A DNA stretch of 64,000 bases. It comes from Candidatus Magasanikiibacteriota bacterium (GTDB lineage: Bacteria; Patescibacteriota; Patescibacteriia; Magasanikbacterales; UBA922). Shown here piece after piece: positions 30,753 through 40,880 of this stretch. The translations under genes and the position numbers were made by a program. Under the pieces are notes generated by a model, which had not been told where the DNA came from, did not search any database, and worked only from the letters and a program-made list of their open reading frames with translations. Each line of letters begins with the position of its first letter. Position 1 is the first letter of the stretch. Where the stretch lies: positions 24,791 through 88,790 of the forward strand of contig JBPOJQ010000006.1 in assembly GCA_052033375.1 (NCBI GenBank), given 5' to 3'.

Positions 30753-31097
30753 TTAGCTTCGACGGGACACCAGACTTGAAATAAGCCAACTCGAAACACT
30801 AAACAACAGCGCACCCCAAAACGCACCCCAAAACCCATCTACTTCGAATCCCTTGACAATTGAAGAGGCAAACCAAAACATGAGTGCATTGATGACGAGA
30901 GTGAACAAACCAAGAGTCAAAATATTTACAGGCAGGGTCAAAATAAGAATCAACGGACGGATAAGTGCATTCACAATACCCAATACAATAACAGTCACGA
31001 TGGCAGACCACCACCCACCAAGCCTAATCCCTTCGACAACATTTGAAATAAGTAGCAGTACACCTGCATTGAGTACAATTCGGAGCAGAAAAAGCAT
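30753..31097 (-). CDS. Four-TM YvlD/phage-holin-superfamily-IV membrane protein
   Basis: LGIVNALIRP...LTLPVNILTLGLFTLVINA. Confidence 0.9.
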   Translation of the reverse strand: MLFLLRIVLNAGVLLLISNVVEGIRLGGWWSAIVTVIVLGIVNALIRPLILILTLPVNILTLGLFTLVINALMFWFASSIVKGFEVDGFWGAFWGALLFSVSSWLISSLVSRRS

Positions 31098-31222
31098 AAT
31101 TAAAACTGAATTTAATAACTAATAAAATTAGTATAGCACAGAAGAACAAACACGCAATATAAAAAAGTGGATATTTACAGAAAAAATGCGCTCAGGTACA
31201 CTAATCTAATAACTTCAAGCAT

Positions 31223-32605
31223 ATGACTGATCTCAAACTATACAATACATTGACCAGAACAATTGAAACTTTCAAACCTATTACAGATAAAAAGGTCGGT
31301 CTCTATACCTGCGGACCTACTGTCTATCACTATGCGCATATAGGAAACTTACGAACCTATATTTTCGAAGATATTTTGAAAAGAACATTAATGACTCAAG
31401 GGTATACCGTACAGCATGTCATGAACATCACCGATGTTGGTCATTTATCAGGTGATGATGATACAGGGGAAGATAAGATGGAAAAGGGGGCAAAACGTGA
31501 AGGAAAAACCGCATGGGAAATTGCTGAATTTTATACCAAAGCATTTACCAAAAACATCGAGGAGTTAGGGATTCTACCTCCAGACATATGGTGCAAGGCC
31601 ACTGACCATATTGAGGATCAAATCGCGCAAGTACAGATTCTGATTGATAAAGGTTTTACCTACGAAACCAGTGATGGTATTTATTTTGATACAACCAAAT
31701 TTCCACGATACGGAGAAATGGCACTACTCCACAAACAAGAGTTGCAAGCAGGGGCACGCATAGATTTGGGTGAGAAAAAAAATACACACGATTTTGCGCT
31801 ATGGAAATTTTCGACACCCACCGAAAAAAGACAAATGGAATGGAAAGCATTCGGTAGAATGGGATTCCCTGGGTGGCATATCGAATGCTCTGCTATGAGC
31901 ATGAAATATCTCGGAAATCATTTTGATATCCACTGTGGTGGTATTGATCATATTCCCGTTCATCACACCAATGAAATCGCGCAAGCAGAATGTGCAGGAG
32001 CAAATCATCCCTGGGTAAATTATTGGCTCCATAGTGAATTTCTACTGATCGATGCAGGAAAAATGTCAAAATCAGATGACAATTTTATCACACTCGATAC
32101 CGTGACACAGAAGGGCTATTCCCCACTCGCCTACCGATACTTCCTACTCCAAGCACATTACCGGAAACAACTTAATTTTACATGGGAAGCGCTCGACGCG
32201 GCGGAAAAAGGTTTGGAAAATCTCTATCGCACGATTGAGTCACTCGGAGACATGGTCGGAGAATCAGATGAAAAATACATATCAAAATTCAGCGAACACC
32301 TAGCTGAAGATTTGAATACACCCCAAGCAATAGCAGTACTCCACGAAATGCTAAAGTCTGGCTTACCAAAAGAAATAAAACTCGCCACAGTGTATGAATT
32401 CGACAAAATTCTCGGACTAGGCCTCAATAATATTCAAAAAAATGAAGTGGAAATCCCCAAAACAGTCCAAAAATTACTAGAAGAACGTGAAGTAGCGCGC
32501 AGAGAAAAAGACTGGACAAAAAGTGATACATTGCGCAAAGAAATCAATGCACATGGATTCGAAGTCAAGGATACGGAAAATGGGCAAGAAGTGACTTCTA
32601 TCTAA
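31223..32605 (+). CDS. cysS: Cysteine--tRNA ligase
   Basis: CGPTVY..HIGN, PGWHIECSAM, KMSKS. Confidence 0.97.
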   Translation: MTDLKLYNTLTRTIETFKPITDKKVGLYTCGPTVYHYAHIGNLRTYIFEDILKRTLMTQGYTVQHVMNITDVGHLSGDDDTGEDKMEKGAKREGKTAWEIAEFYTKAFTKNIEELGILPPDIWCKATDHIEDQIAQVQILIDKGFTYETSDGIYFDTTKFPRYGEMALLHKQELQAGARIDLGEKKNTHDFALWKFSTPTEKRQMEWKAFGRMGFPGWHIECSAMSMKYLGNHFDIHCGGIDHIPVHHTNEIAQAECAGANHPWVNYWLHSEFLLIDAGKMSKSDDNFITLDTVTQKGYSPLAYRYFLLQAHYRKQLNFTWEALDAAEKGLENLYRTIESLGDMVGESDEKYISKFSEHLAEDLNTPQAIAVLHEMLKSGLPKEIKLATVYEFDKILGLGLNNIQKNEVEIPKTVQKLLEEREVARREKDWTKSDTLRKEINAHGFEVKDTENGQEVTSI

Positions 32606-32712
32606 AAATCTATTGTGTAATAAGACTGTAACAACAATTTTTGTAGCTAAACATTTTATTTTTTGCTATACTATAAAGCGCTAGATATTTCTGCGCTTTT
32701 TTCTTGTCATGT

Positions 32713-33285
32713 ATGGCATTACGCGACAGTCGCGACCCAAAAAAACTCATTGAACAAATCGGAGGTGGTCCCACTGAAAATAATTCATTCCACATCAACA
32801 AAGAAATCCCCACACCGGATGTTTCTTTGGGCACCCCACCAGCACGTGAAAGTGAAAAAAAATATGAAATACAGGAGAAAAAACCAGATACCCCCTCTGC
32901 TGAAGAACCAATAGAACATATTGAATCTTCAATAAAAACACTTACCAACAAATTACGAATGGGTAAAAAAAAGAAGACCATTATCCCCACAACCAAAGAT
33001 GAATTTACACTACGAGTAGAAAAAATAATGGAAGAAGGTTTGGGTGATGCTTATCGTGAACTCACGACTGTACAACGCGAAGAGTTCAAAATAAAAGGAG
33101 AAGAGACTGCATGGAAAATCCGCGAACTATTCAAAAAAACGCATATCAAAGTAAAAGAAATTTTTAGATTACTCGTAGAATGGTTGCGTCTACTCCCTGG
33201 AGTAAATAAATTTTTTATTGAACAAGAGGCAAAAATCAAGGCAGACAAAATCCTCACGCTCAAAAAACATCAAAATTTTGAATAA
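32713..33285 (+). CDS. Hypothetical protein directly upstream of the VirD4-like ATPase
   Basis: Helical C-terminal domain (WLRLLPGVNKFFIEQEAKIK); stop abuts the next start. Confidence 0.8.
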   Translation: MALRDSRDPKKLIEQIGGGPTENNSFHINKEIPTPDVSLGTPPARESEKKYEIQEKKPDTPSAEEPIEHIESSIKTLTNKLRMGKKKKTIIPTTKDEFTLRVEKIMEEGLGDAYRELTTVQREEFKIKGEETAWKIRELFKKTHIKVKEIFRLLVEWLRLLPGVNKFFIEQEAKIKADKILTLKKHQNFE

Positions 33286-33286
33286 T

Positions 33287-35863
33287 ATGCTGCCCTTCCT
33301 ACAATTCACGGCAGGTTTTCCGGAAACAGAAAATTTTATCGCACCAACGATTGCACTGCCTACTTTTGCAATTACCCTAACCGTCGTGGTTCTCGTATCG
33401 ACTGTCGCGACCATATATATCATCCGCAGTGTTCTTCACTCTCTCTACAAAGTACAAAAAGCATTCGATCGAGTAGTGCTACATATTCTTGTGCCAAAAG
33501 AACGAAAATCAGAAGGATCATCAAACGGGATGCAAGAAGACCGTTTGGAGCATGTAAAGGAAGAAATCGGAATCACAGAAACATTCTTCTCGACTATTGG
33601 AGGACTGAAACCAGAGCATGGGATCAAAACATGGTTTACCGGACGAAACGATCATATTTCGTTTGAATTAGTTGTTCATAATAATTTAATTAATTTTTAT
33701 ATTGGTGTTCCTCAAAAATTAAAGGGATTTGTCGAACAACAAATCAATGCGCAGTACCCATACGCTCATATTGAAGAAATCACTGATTATAATATTTTTA
33801 GCGAACACAGCTCGATTGTAGGTGCATATCTCAAAGGAAAGGCAGTCGGTGCTCTACCCTTTAAAACATACAAAAAAATGGATTCAGATCCCCTATCAGG
33901 AATTCTGAATACGCTTGCAAGAATACACGAGACAAACTCATCAGCAGCAATACAATTTGTCGTGCGAGTAGCAGATAAAAAATGGCGCAAAGAAGGTGTG
34001 CACATCGTGCGAGAAGTACGCAAAGGCAAGCCATTCGAAGACGTCATCCATGGAAAAAGTAAACTAGGCGGACTCATCACAGCTTTCAGTAGCGAGGCAA
34101 AAAGACAGATGATTGACTCAAAAGAAAGTATCAGAGAGAAAGAAAATTACCAGCTCTCAGCACTCGAGGAAGAAATGATGAAAGGTATCGAAGAAAAATT
34201 AGTAAAAGGTGGATTGGAAATCACTATTCGTGTCGTATCCTCTTCGGATAATCCAGAACTCGCCGGTCTCAATCTCGATAATATCGTCAATTCCTTTGCA
34301 CCATACAATCTCTATCGATACGGAAACTCGCTTGGAGCAATCATCCCAAAAAATCCCCAAAGTATTATTCGATCATTTATCTACCGATCATTTCATGAAA
34401 AACGTGCAACTATTGTAAACACCGAGGAAATGGCGGGATTCTGGCATCTTCCACTCCACTCGACCGAGGCACCCAATATCAAATGGCTCCTTGCACGCAA
34501 AGCTCCACCTCCACCAAACCTCCCTCACACAGGAATCGACCTCGGTCGTGTGCTGTATCGTGGTCAAGAATATCCCGTAAAGATGAAAGATGAGGATCGG
34601 AGACGACATCTCTATGTCATTGGTAAGTCAGGAAGTGGAAAATCAGTATTTATCGAAAACCTTGCAGTGCAAGATGTACTGAATGGCAAAGGTCTTGCAG
34701 TCATAGACCCTCATGGAGATTTTGCAGAATACGTACTCGAACATATACCCAAAGAACGTGCCGATGACGTGGTTATATTCAATCCATCAGATTTCGAACG
34801 TCCTATCGGATTGAACATGCTTGAGGCAAAGACAGAAGATGAGAAAGATTTTGTTGTGCAAGAGATGATAGCTATTTTCTACAAACTTTTTCCTCCCGAA
34901 ATGATTGGTCCGATGTTTGAGCATAACATGAGAAATGTGATGTTGACTCTCATGGCTGATTTGGAAAATCCAGGAACAATTATCGACATTCCCCGCATGT
35001 TTACCGATGACGCATATGTAAAAAAATATTTGGTAAAACTCAAAGACCCCGTAGTACGCGCATTCTGGGAAAAAGAAATGGCAAAAACAAGTGACTTCCA
35101 TAAATCAGAAATGCTCGGATATCTGATTTCAAAAGTGGGACGATTCGTCGAAAATGAAATGATGCGCAATATCATGGGACAACAGAAATCAGGATTTGAT
35201 TTCAGAGATATCATGGATAAGCAAAAAATTCTGATTGTAAATCTTGCCAAAGGAAAAACAGGAGAAGTAAATGCAAAATTAATCGGTCTGATTATCGTAG
35301 CAAAACTCCAAATGGCAGCACTCGGTCGTGCAGATCTACCAGAAGAAGAGCGCAAAGATTTTTATCTCTATATCGACGAGTTCCAAAACTTTATCACAGA
35401 CTCAATTGCAACTATTCTCTCAGAAGCCCGCAAATACCGCCTAGATCTGATTATCGCCCATCAATATCTTGGTCAATTGACAGATGAAAAAGGACGATCC
35501 GATATCAAAGACGCGGTACTCGGAAATGCAGGGACAATGGCAGCGTTCCGTATTGGGCCAGAAGATGCCGAATTACTTGCAAAGGAATTCTCCCCCGTGT
35601 TTGGTCCATACGACCTTATGAACGTGGAAAAATTCACTGCCAATATCAAACTTTTGATTGATAATGAGCCTACCAAACCATTCAACATGTCGACCTACCC
35701 ACCCACACGAGGAAGCAAGGAGTTGGGTAATGCGATTCGTGAACTTTCCCGCTTGAAATATGGACGTGACCGACGTATTGTAGAATCGGAAATCATGGAA
35801 CGAACAAGACTCGGTGAAAGCAGTGAAAATAGCAAAACAGACATGATCGAAGCAAGCCTCTAA
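33287..35863 (+). CDS. VirD4/TraD/HerA-like coupling ATPase with N-terminal TM
   Basis: HLYVIGKSGSGKS Walker A, IDPHGD, LYIDEFQNF Walker B, SEARKY, AHQYLGQL. Confidence 0.9.
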   Translation: MLPFLQFTAGFPETENFIAPTIALPTFAITLTVVVLVSTVATIYIIRSVLHSLYKVQKAFDRVVLHILVPKERKSEGSSNGMQEDRLEHVKEEIGITETFFSTIGGLKPEHGIKTWFTGRNDHISFELVVHNNLINFYIGVPQKLKGFVEQQINAQYPYAHIEEITDYNIFSEHSSIVGAYLKGKAVGALPFKTYKKMDSDPLSGILNTLARIHETNSSAAIQFVVRVADKKWRKEGVHIVREVRKGKPFEDVIHGKSKLGGLITAFSSEAKRQMIDSKESIREKENYQLSALEEEMMKGIEEKLVKGGLEITIRVVSSSDNPELAGLNLDNIVNSFAPYNLYRYGNSLGAIIPKNPQSIIRSFIYRSFHEKRATIVNTEEMAGFWHLPLHSTEAPNIKWLLARKAPPPPNLPHTGIDLGRVLYRGQEYPVKMKDEDRRRHLYVIGKSGSGKSVFIENLAVQDVLNGKGLAVIDPHGDFAEYVLEHIPKERADDVVIFNPSDFERPIGLNMLEAKTEDEKDFVVQEMIAIFYKLFPPEMIGPMFEHNMRNVMLTLMADLENPGTIIDIPRMFTDDAYVKKYLVKLKDPVVRAFWEKEMAKTSDFHKSEMLGYLISKVGRFVENEMMRNIMGQQKSGFDFRDIMDKQKILIVNLAKGKTGEVNAKLIGLIIVAKLQMAALGRADLPEEERKDFYLYIDEFQNFITDSIATILSEARKYRLDLIIAHQYLGQLTDEKGRSDIKDAVLGNAGTMAAFRIGPEDAELLAKEFSPVFGPYDLMNVEKFTANIKLLIDNEPTKPFNMSTYPPTRGSKELGNAIRELSRLKYGRDRRIVESEIMERTRLGESSENSKTDMIEASL

Positions 35864-35942
35864 AAATAAAAGGTAAAAAGCCTGCCCGCATCGCTACGCG
35901 AAACGTTGCAGACGGGGCAAAAGTAAAAAGAAAATCGAAGCG

Positions 35943-35975
35943 TTCCTCCCCTTTTAGGGGAGGACAGGTGGGGTT
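35943..35975. repeat. Short REP-like palindrome
   Basis: TCCTCCCC-TTTTA-GGGGAGGA followed by CAGGTGGGGTT. Confidence 0.55.
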
Positions 35976-36064
35976 GAAGGTCGAAGAAACAAAGTTTGCT
36001 CACTACAATTCAAGTAGATCCTGATAACAAAAATTAACCAACAAATAAACTTAACACAAACCCT

Positions 36065-36766
36065 ATGGACCACATCTCAAATTATCTCGATTTCTCACTC
36101 GCAGGAATTGACCCACCACACAACAAAGGAACAACACTACCTACGTTTTCTGATCTTCCACTTGATACTTCACCAAATACATCTGACGAGAAGAACAATC
36201 CGGCACATAGTACAGAAGTTACCAGTGTGCAGCCAATAGACACCATCTCAGAGGTCAAAAAACGCCTCTACACACTAAAAGATGAGTTATCCTCTCTCAT
36301 ACGTCTTCTCGAAGGAAATACTGAAAAAACTGAAATACCAAAGCCATTCCGATCATCTGTTGTGGAAACTGTCCATACACTATCCCCCAATGGGGAGCAA
36401 ATTATCGAAGGTGTGTTTAATGGCGAAAAAATGGTGGGTCCTGATGGACACGAGTATGCTGTTCCACCAAATTATGCGAGCAAATCAAGGCTGGTCGAGG
36501 GTGATCACATGAAGCTGACAATTACCTTGTATGGAAAATTCATTTACAAGCAAATCGGACCAATAGAGAGAAAACGTATCATCGGTGTACTACAATTCGA
36601 TGAGACCACCCAGCTCTGGAGCGTAGTCCATGAAGGAAATACCTACAAAATTCTCACTGCCTCCGCAACCTTCTATCGAGGGAAGCCCGGAGATCATGTC
36701 GTAATCCTCGTTCCGAAAGATGCTAAGAGTTCGTGGGGGGCGGTAGAGAATATTATTGCTTCATAA
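36065..36766 (+). CDS. Hypothetical protein
   Basis: C-terminal domain IEGVFNGEKM..Y.VPPNYASKSRLVEGD..YKQIGP; disordered N-terminus. Confidence 0.8.
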   Translation: MDHISNYLDFSLAGIDPPHNKGTTLPTFSDLPLDTSPNTSDEKNNPAHSTEVTSVQPIDTISEVKKRLYTLKDELSSLIRLLEGNTEKTEIPKPFRSSVVETVHTLSPNGEQIIEGVFNGEKMVGPDGHEYAVPPNYASKSRLVEGDHMKLTITLYGKFIYKQIGPIERKRIIGVLQFDETTQLWSVVHEGNTYKILTASATFYRGKPGDHVVILVPKDAKSSWGAVENIIAS

Positions 36767-36827
36767 AAGCTTAAAATGTTTTAGCATTTCAAGCATTTTC
36801 GGCATTTTAAGCCTTCTTCAAAAAAAC

Positions 36828-36852
36828 AAAACCCCGGCACTAGCCGGGGTTT
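36828..36852. terminator. Bidirectional intrinsic terminator
   Basis: AAACCCCGGC-ACTA-GCCGGGGTTT between convergent genes. Confidence 0.8.
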
Positions 36853-36876
36853 AAAATACTTCGATAAAACCGAGCC

Positions 36877-37140
36877 TTAGGCAGCGGTCAAATGGTTGTT
36901 TACGAGTTTAGCCATTTCAAACATGGTCACCTCACTCTTGCCACCAAAGATTGCTTTAAGCTTATCATCTGCAAGAATGTTTCGTTTGTTCTTTGGATTC
37001 TGAAGATCATTCTTCTTGATATATTCCCACATTTTCTTTACTACCTGTGAGCGAGGCATAGGACCTGCTCCTACTACTGCTGCGAGCTCAGTTGAAACCT
37101 TGTATGGTCTCATGAGCGCTGGATTTGCTTTGCGTGGCAT
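36877..37140 (-). CDS. Stand-alone SWIB/MDM2 domain protein
   Basis: LAAVVG..PMPRSQVVKKMWEYIKKNDLQNPKNKRNILADDKL. Confidence 0.92.
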   Translation of the reverse strand: MPRKANPALMRPYKVSTELAAVVGAGPMPRSQVVKKMWEYIKKNDLQNPKNKRNILADDKLKAIFGGKSEVTMFEMAKLVNNHLTAA

Positions 37141-37311
37141 AGAGATATGATTAAATTATTAAAATGTACCATGCGAGATTAGTATAGCATTGACCGTTCC
37201 CCCTCGCAAGAGGGTACCCCCCTTCTCCATTTGAAACACCACAGAATCTAGGATATACTAGTGTCTACGCTGATAGATAAAAACATATACTAACATCCTA
37301 CAAAATCACCT

Positions 37312-38895
37312 ATGGCACTCTACCACAAACACCGACCGCAGACCTTTGATACTATTATTCATCAGGAACACATCACGACCACTCTGAAGAATGAAATCAC
37401 CGGAGGCATGGTAGCTCACGCATATCTTTTTTCTGGTCCGCATGGCGTAGGAAAGACAACAACTGCCCGTATTTTAGCGAAATCTTTGAACTGTAAAAAT
37501 CGAAAGTCTGATGAGCCAAATCCATGTGATCAGTGCGACTCATGCAAAGACATCTCGAATGCGCGATCAATTGATGTCATAGAAATTGACGCAGCCAGTC
37601 AGACAGGTGTCGATAATGTGCGAGAAAATATTATTGAAAATGCACAATTCAAACCTACACTTGGAAAATACAAAATTTTCATCGTAGATGAGGTGCACAT
37701 GTTGTCCACAGCTGCATTTAATGCACTCCTAAAAACACTTGAGGAGCCACCAGAACATGTCGTATTCATTCTTGCAACGACTGATGCACAAAAACTTCCA
37801 GCAACAGTAGTATCACGATGTCAGAGATTCACGTTCTCACGAATTCCTGATGAAACCACCAAAAAACATCTTCAATCAATCGCGAAAGAGGAAGGGGTAA
37901 CTATTGATGAGGTCGTGCTTGATGCAATTGTACGCAAAGCTCGTGGAGGCGCACGCGATGCAGTGAGCCTGCTCGATCAATTAATCGCAACCGGGGAAAA
38001 GCATCTTACGGCACAGGCAGCTTCACATATCATGCCAACTACATCAAATGAATCCCAAATCAGGTTTCTCTCACATCTAATCGAAAAAAATGCTATCGCA
38101 ACACTCGGTGACATTGAAATATTGAGTGAACAAGGAACACATCCGTATTTTTTCATGGAAGAAATCGTACAAATGCTCAGATTACTCCTAATCACATCGA
38201 TTGATGAAAAATTGGCAAAAAAAGAATCGTATCTTCCAGAAAGTGATATAGCAACATTACAATCACTCACCACACACATATCAAAACGCGATATCGTACG
38301 CCTGACAGACAGAACAATCGCTCGAATGCAGGAAGTGAAATCATCACTCCTCCCCTACCTCCCCCTTGAGCTTCTTGCTGTCGAGTGGTCTGCAGACGAA
38401 GAAGATGTCACTCCTCCTCCCAGCCGCCCTGTGGCAACGGCGCCCGCTGTAGTGGTGCCAAAACAACAACCCACTACTCCACAATCCCAGACATCAGTAT
38501 CGTCGCCCACAAGCAGAGAAGAGAAAAAGAGTGATATACCTCACACAGACAATCTGCCTCCTGCACCAGCAGACGCTGATTTATCCCAAGTAAAGAAAGC
38601 GTGGAATTCGCTCATCACTGAAATCGAAAAAACTACGCCATCGCTTATATTCATACTCAAAAACGCGATATTACTCTCATCAACACACGGAGTACTCAAA
38701 TTGAAGGTCGCCTATAGTTTTCATCAAGATAAAATCATGCAGGTAGCCACCCGAAAAAAAATAGAAGACCATCTCGCAACCATACTCGGATTCAGATTGT
38801 CACTCGAAGTAGAAATAGATGAAATGATGCAACAAAAAAATGCAGCCTCAGATCTCAATGATCTCGCGACAGCATTGGGCGGTAGTATTATTTAA
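37312..38895 (+). CDS. dnaX: DNA polymerase III subunit gamma/tau
   Basis: GPHGVGKTT, EIDAAS, DEVHML, LKTLEEPP, SRCQ. Confidence 0.96.
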   Translation: MALYHKHRPQTFDTIIHQEHITTTLKNEITGGMVAHAYLFSGPHGVGKTTTARILAKSLNCKNRKSDEPNPCDQCDSCKDISNARSIDVIEIDAASQTGVDNVRENIIENAQFKPTLGKYKIFIVDEVHMLSTAAFNALLKTLEEPPEHVVFILATTDAQKLPATVVSRCQRFTFSRIPDETTKKHLQSIAKEEGVTIDEVVLDAIVRKARGGARDAVSLLDQLIATGEKHLTAQAASHIMPTTSNESQIRFLSHLIEKNAIATLGDIEILSEQGTHPYFFMEEIVQMLRLLLITSIDEKLAKKESYLPESDIATLQSLTTHISKRDIVRLTDRTIARMQEVKSSLLPYLPLELLAVEWSADEEDVTPPPSRPVATAPAVVVPKQQPTTPQSQTSVSSPTSREEKKSDIPHTDNLPPAPADADLSQVKKAWNSLITEIEKTTPSLIFILKNAILLSSTHGVLKLKVAYSFHQDKIMQVATRKKIEDHLATILGFRLSLEVEIDEMMQQKNAASDLNDLATALGGSII

Positions 38896-38980
38896 AAAAT
38901 TCAAAACTAATATCAGGTTATTGAGTGATAAAAAAAAGACTCCTCCAATTCGGAAGAGTCTTTTAGTATATACAATCGTA

Positions 38981-39523
38981 TTATTGAGCGTATATCTTAT
39001 CTCCACAATACGTTCCAGTAAAGCTTCCGGAAATCGTCAATTCTTTTCCAGTATACACACCAGTATCTGGAGTGAAGGTGGTCTCGTCAACACAGATCGT
39101 CATCTCTTCGCCTACCCCCGCTGGTTGCTTGCTAACCTTGGTCTGTACACCAAACCAGGTATATGCATCAGTATTCAAACCTTGTGCATCTCGAGCAAAA
39201 GCTCCGATTTTCTGTTCACCCGGCTTTGACTGATAACCAAAATCCAATGCATCTTCACAGGTGACCTGGTCATGATTATACAAATCTACTTCCTCGGTGC
39301 GATATTCTTTATTTACCAGCGTATACGCGACACCATGAGTCAAATTAGTAACTTCTTCTCCATCGACAACCACTTTGAGCGGTCCACACTTTGAACCTTT
39401 TGCGGAGGTTTCTGCGCCTGTGTTGGAACTAATATCACCCGACGAAGACGATGGTGAACATCCTGCCCCCACGAGAGTGAGTGCCAAGGCGCCCAAGAGA
39501 AGTCTGTATCCGATACTGTGCAT
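38981..39523 (-). CDS. Putative lipoprotein
   Basis: Lipobox LVGAGC followed by a Ser-rich linker. Confidence 0.75.
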   Translation of the reverse strand: MHSIGYRLLLGALALTLVGAGCSPSSSSGDISSNTGAETSAKGSKCGPLKVVVDGEEVTNLTHGVAYTLVNKEYRTEEVDLYNHDQVTCEDALDFGYQSKPGEQKIGAFARDAQGLNTDAYTWFGVQTKVSKQPAGVGEEMTICVDETTFTPDTGVYTGKELTISGSFTGTYCGDKIYAQ

Positions 39524-39601
39524 AGAATACTAAAGATTAAAAAATAAAACTACATAAAAGTATAAAAGATTGTGGCACAGTACGCAAGAGTGGAAAAAAT
39601 A

Positions 39602-39928
39602 TTACCGCAATTCGATCGGATATCCATTCTCTCTCCACATACGCATACCTCCGACAACATTGCATACATTCGTAAGTCCTGCGATTTCGAGCTGTGTTGT
39701 GGCAAGCAGGCTTCTTCCACCGGATTGGCAAATGAGATATACCCGATCATAGGAAACCAGACGATCTTTTTCTTGTATAATCTGATCCAGAGGAATATTC
39801 AGTGCACCCTTGATTTTGCCACTCCTAATTTCAAAAGGCATCCGCACATCGACAATAATCCGACGCGGGTCATCATGTTCGAGCAATGAGTGTAGCTCCT
39901 GTACGGTGATTTCTTGTGGCATAAGCAT
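39602..39928 (-). CDS. Rhodanese-like domain protein
   Basis: VDVRMPFE, LICQSGGRS, VVGGMRMW. Confidence 0.9.
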   Translation of the reverse strand: MLMPQEITVQELHSLLEHDDPRRIIVDVRMPFEIRSGKIKGALNIPLDQIIQEKDRLVSYDRVYLICQSGGRSLLATTQLEIAGLTNVCNVVGGMRMWRENGYPIELR

Positions 39929-40019
39929 AAATAGATAGACACGTCTGCTGAATAATAAAATCTTGACTTTTATTGTATTTTTGGTAAAATTTTCTAGTCA
40001 AATATATCATACCACATAT

Positions 40020-40090
40020 TCGGGGATCGTCTAATGGTAGGACTACAGGTTCTGGACCTGTGTATCGGGGTTCGAATCCCTGTCCCCGAG
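40020..40090 (+). tRNA. tRNA-Gln(CUG), CCA not encoded
   Basis: Acceptor TCGGGGA/TCCCCGA, anticodon arm ACAGG-TTCTGGA-CCTGT, T-arm GGTTCGAATCC. Confidence 0.95.
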
Positions 40091-40410
40091 CTAAAAAAAG
40101 AATATCGCCAATTGGATATATTCTTTTTTTAAGTCAGAGATAAAGAGGGATTCGAACGAGGGAAGGGTGAAACCGTGAGGTTTCACTGGACTGAGGAAAG
40201 TACACGAAAACCCGAAGGTTTTCGTGATATGTTCGAATAGCGAAGCGCCCTGTCCCCGAGCAAAATATAAATACACCCATATAGGTGTATTTATATTTAT
40301 GATAGTGAGAGGGATTCGAAGGACGCGAGAGAAGCCGAGCGTGCGAGGCTTCGGTGCGCAGCGCCCCGGTACCCGAACGGAGTGAGGGGGAATCCCTGTC
40401 CCCGAGCTAG
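40091..40410 (+). repeat. Two tandem units each ending in a copy of the tRNA-Gln 3' end
   Basis: CCCTGTCCCCGAGC recurs near 40248-40261 and 40394-40407; each unit also contains GAGGGATTCGAA, antisense to the T-arm. Confidence 0.8.
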
Positions 40411-40418
40411 TGACAGTA

Positions 40419-40763
40419 TTAATCTTTGGCGCGACGATAAATGACACCAGTGATAATCGAAGCAATTAATGCAAAGGTTATTAGTACAGTAATCCAATTT
40501 TGAGTAACCAAATACCAGATGAGTGTTGCAAACATTTTGCAAAATCCATACACAAATTGTATGGCCACATTCAGACTTTCATAGATGATGTTAAAAATAG
40601 GAATTTGTATCATTCCTGTACTATTATTAACAATAACAAAACAGCTAATACTGATAATAGCTAATAGCGCTATAATTATCCATTCAATTTTGTGCTTTTT
40701 TGAGACCATATTATCATAAAAGACGGCGTAGCCATCTCTATATTTGTGTAGTTTTGCGACCAT
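40419..40763 (-). CDS. Hypothetical membrane protein (island)
   Basis: Hydrophobic AT-rich ORF; alternative start at 40709. Confidence 0.55.
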   Translation of the reverse strand: MVAKLHKYRDGYAVFYDNMVSKKHKIEWIIIALLAIISISCFVIVNNSTGMIQIPIFNIIYESLNVAIQFVYGFCKMFATLIWYLVTQNWITVLITFALIASIITGVIYRRAKD

Positions 40764-40880
40764 GTCCTAAGGAATAGTTTTTAGGTCTTAAATTTTTTTT
40801 ATTTTACGTCATTTAAGTATTAAAGGCAAGAAATTGTCTTTTTAGAATAAATTAGATACTATAGGGTAAATTACGATGCT

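Noticed and set aside
30753-31097. Holin-family gene as evidence of a prophage
   Set aside because: This four-TM family is commonly chromosomal, and no phage structural, lysis or integrase genes are nearby.
38214-38530. Possible dnaX -1 frameshift sites (A AAA AAA near 38217, G AAA AAG near 38523)
   Set aside because: Neither is the canonical A AAA AAG with a clear stimulatory hairpin, the first would truncate domain III, and A-runs are common in this genome.
40091-40410. CRISPR-like repeat-spacer pattern after the tRNA
   Set aside because: The repeats are tRNA 3'-end copies separated by about 150 bp, and there are no cas genes. No CRISPR array was seen anywhere in the window.
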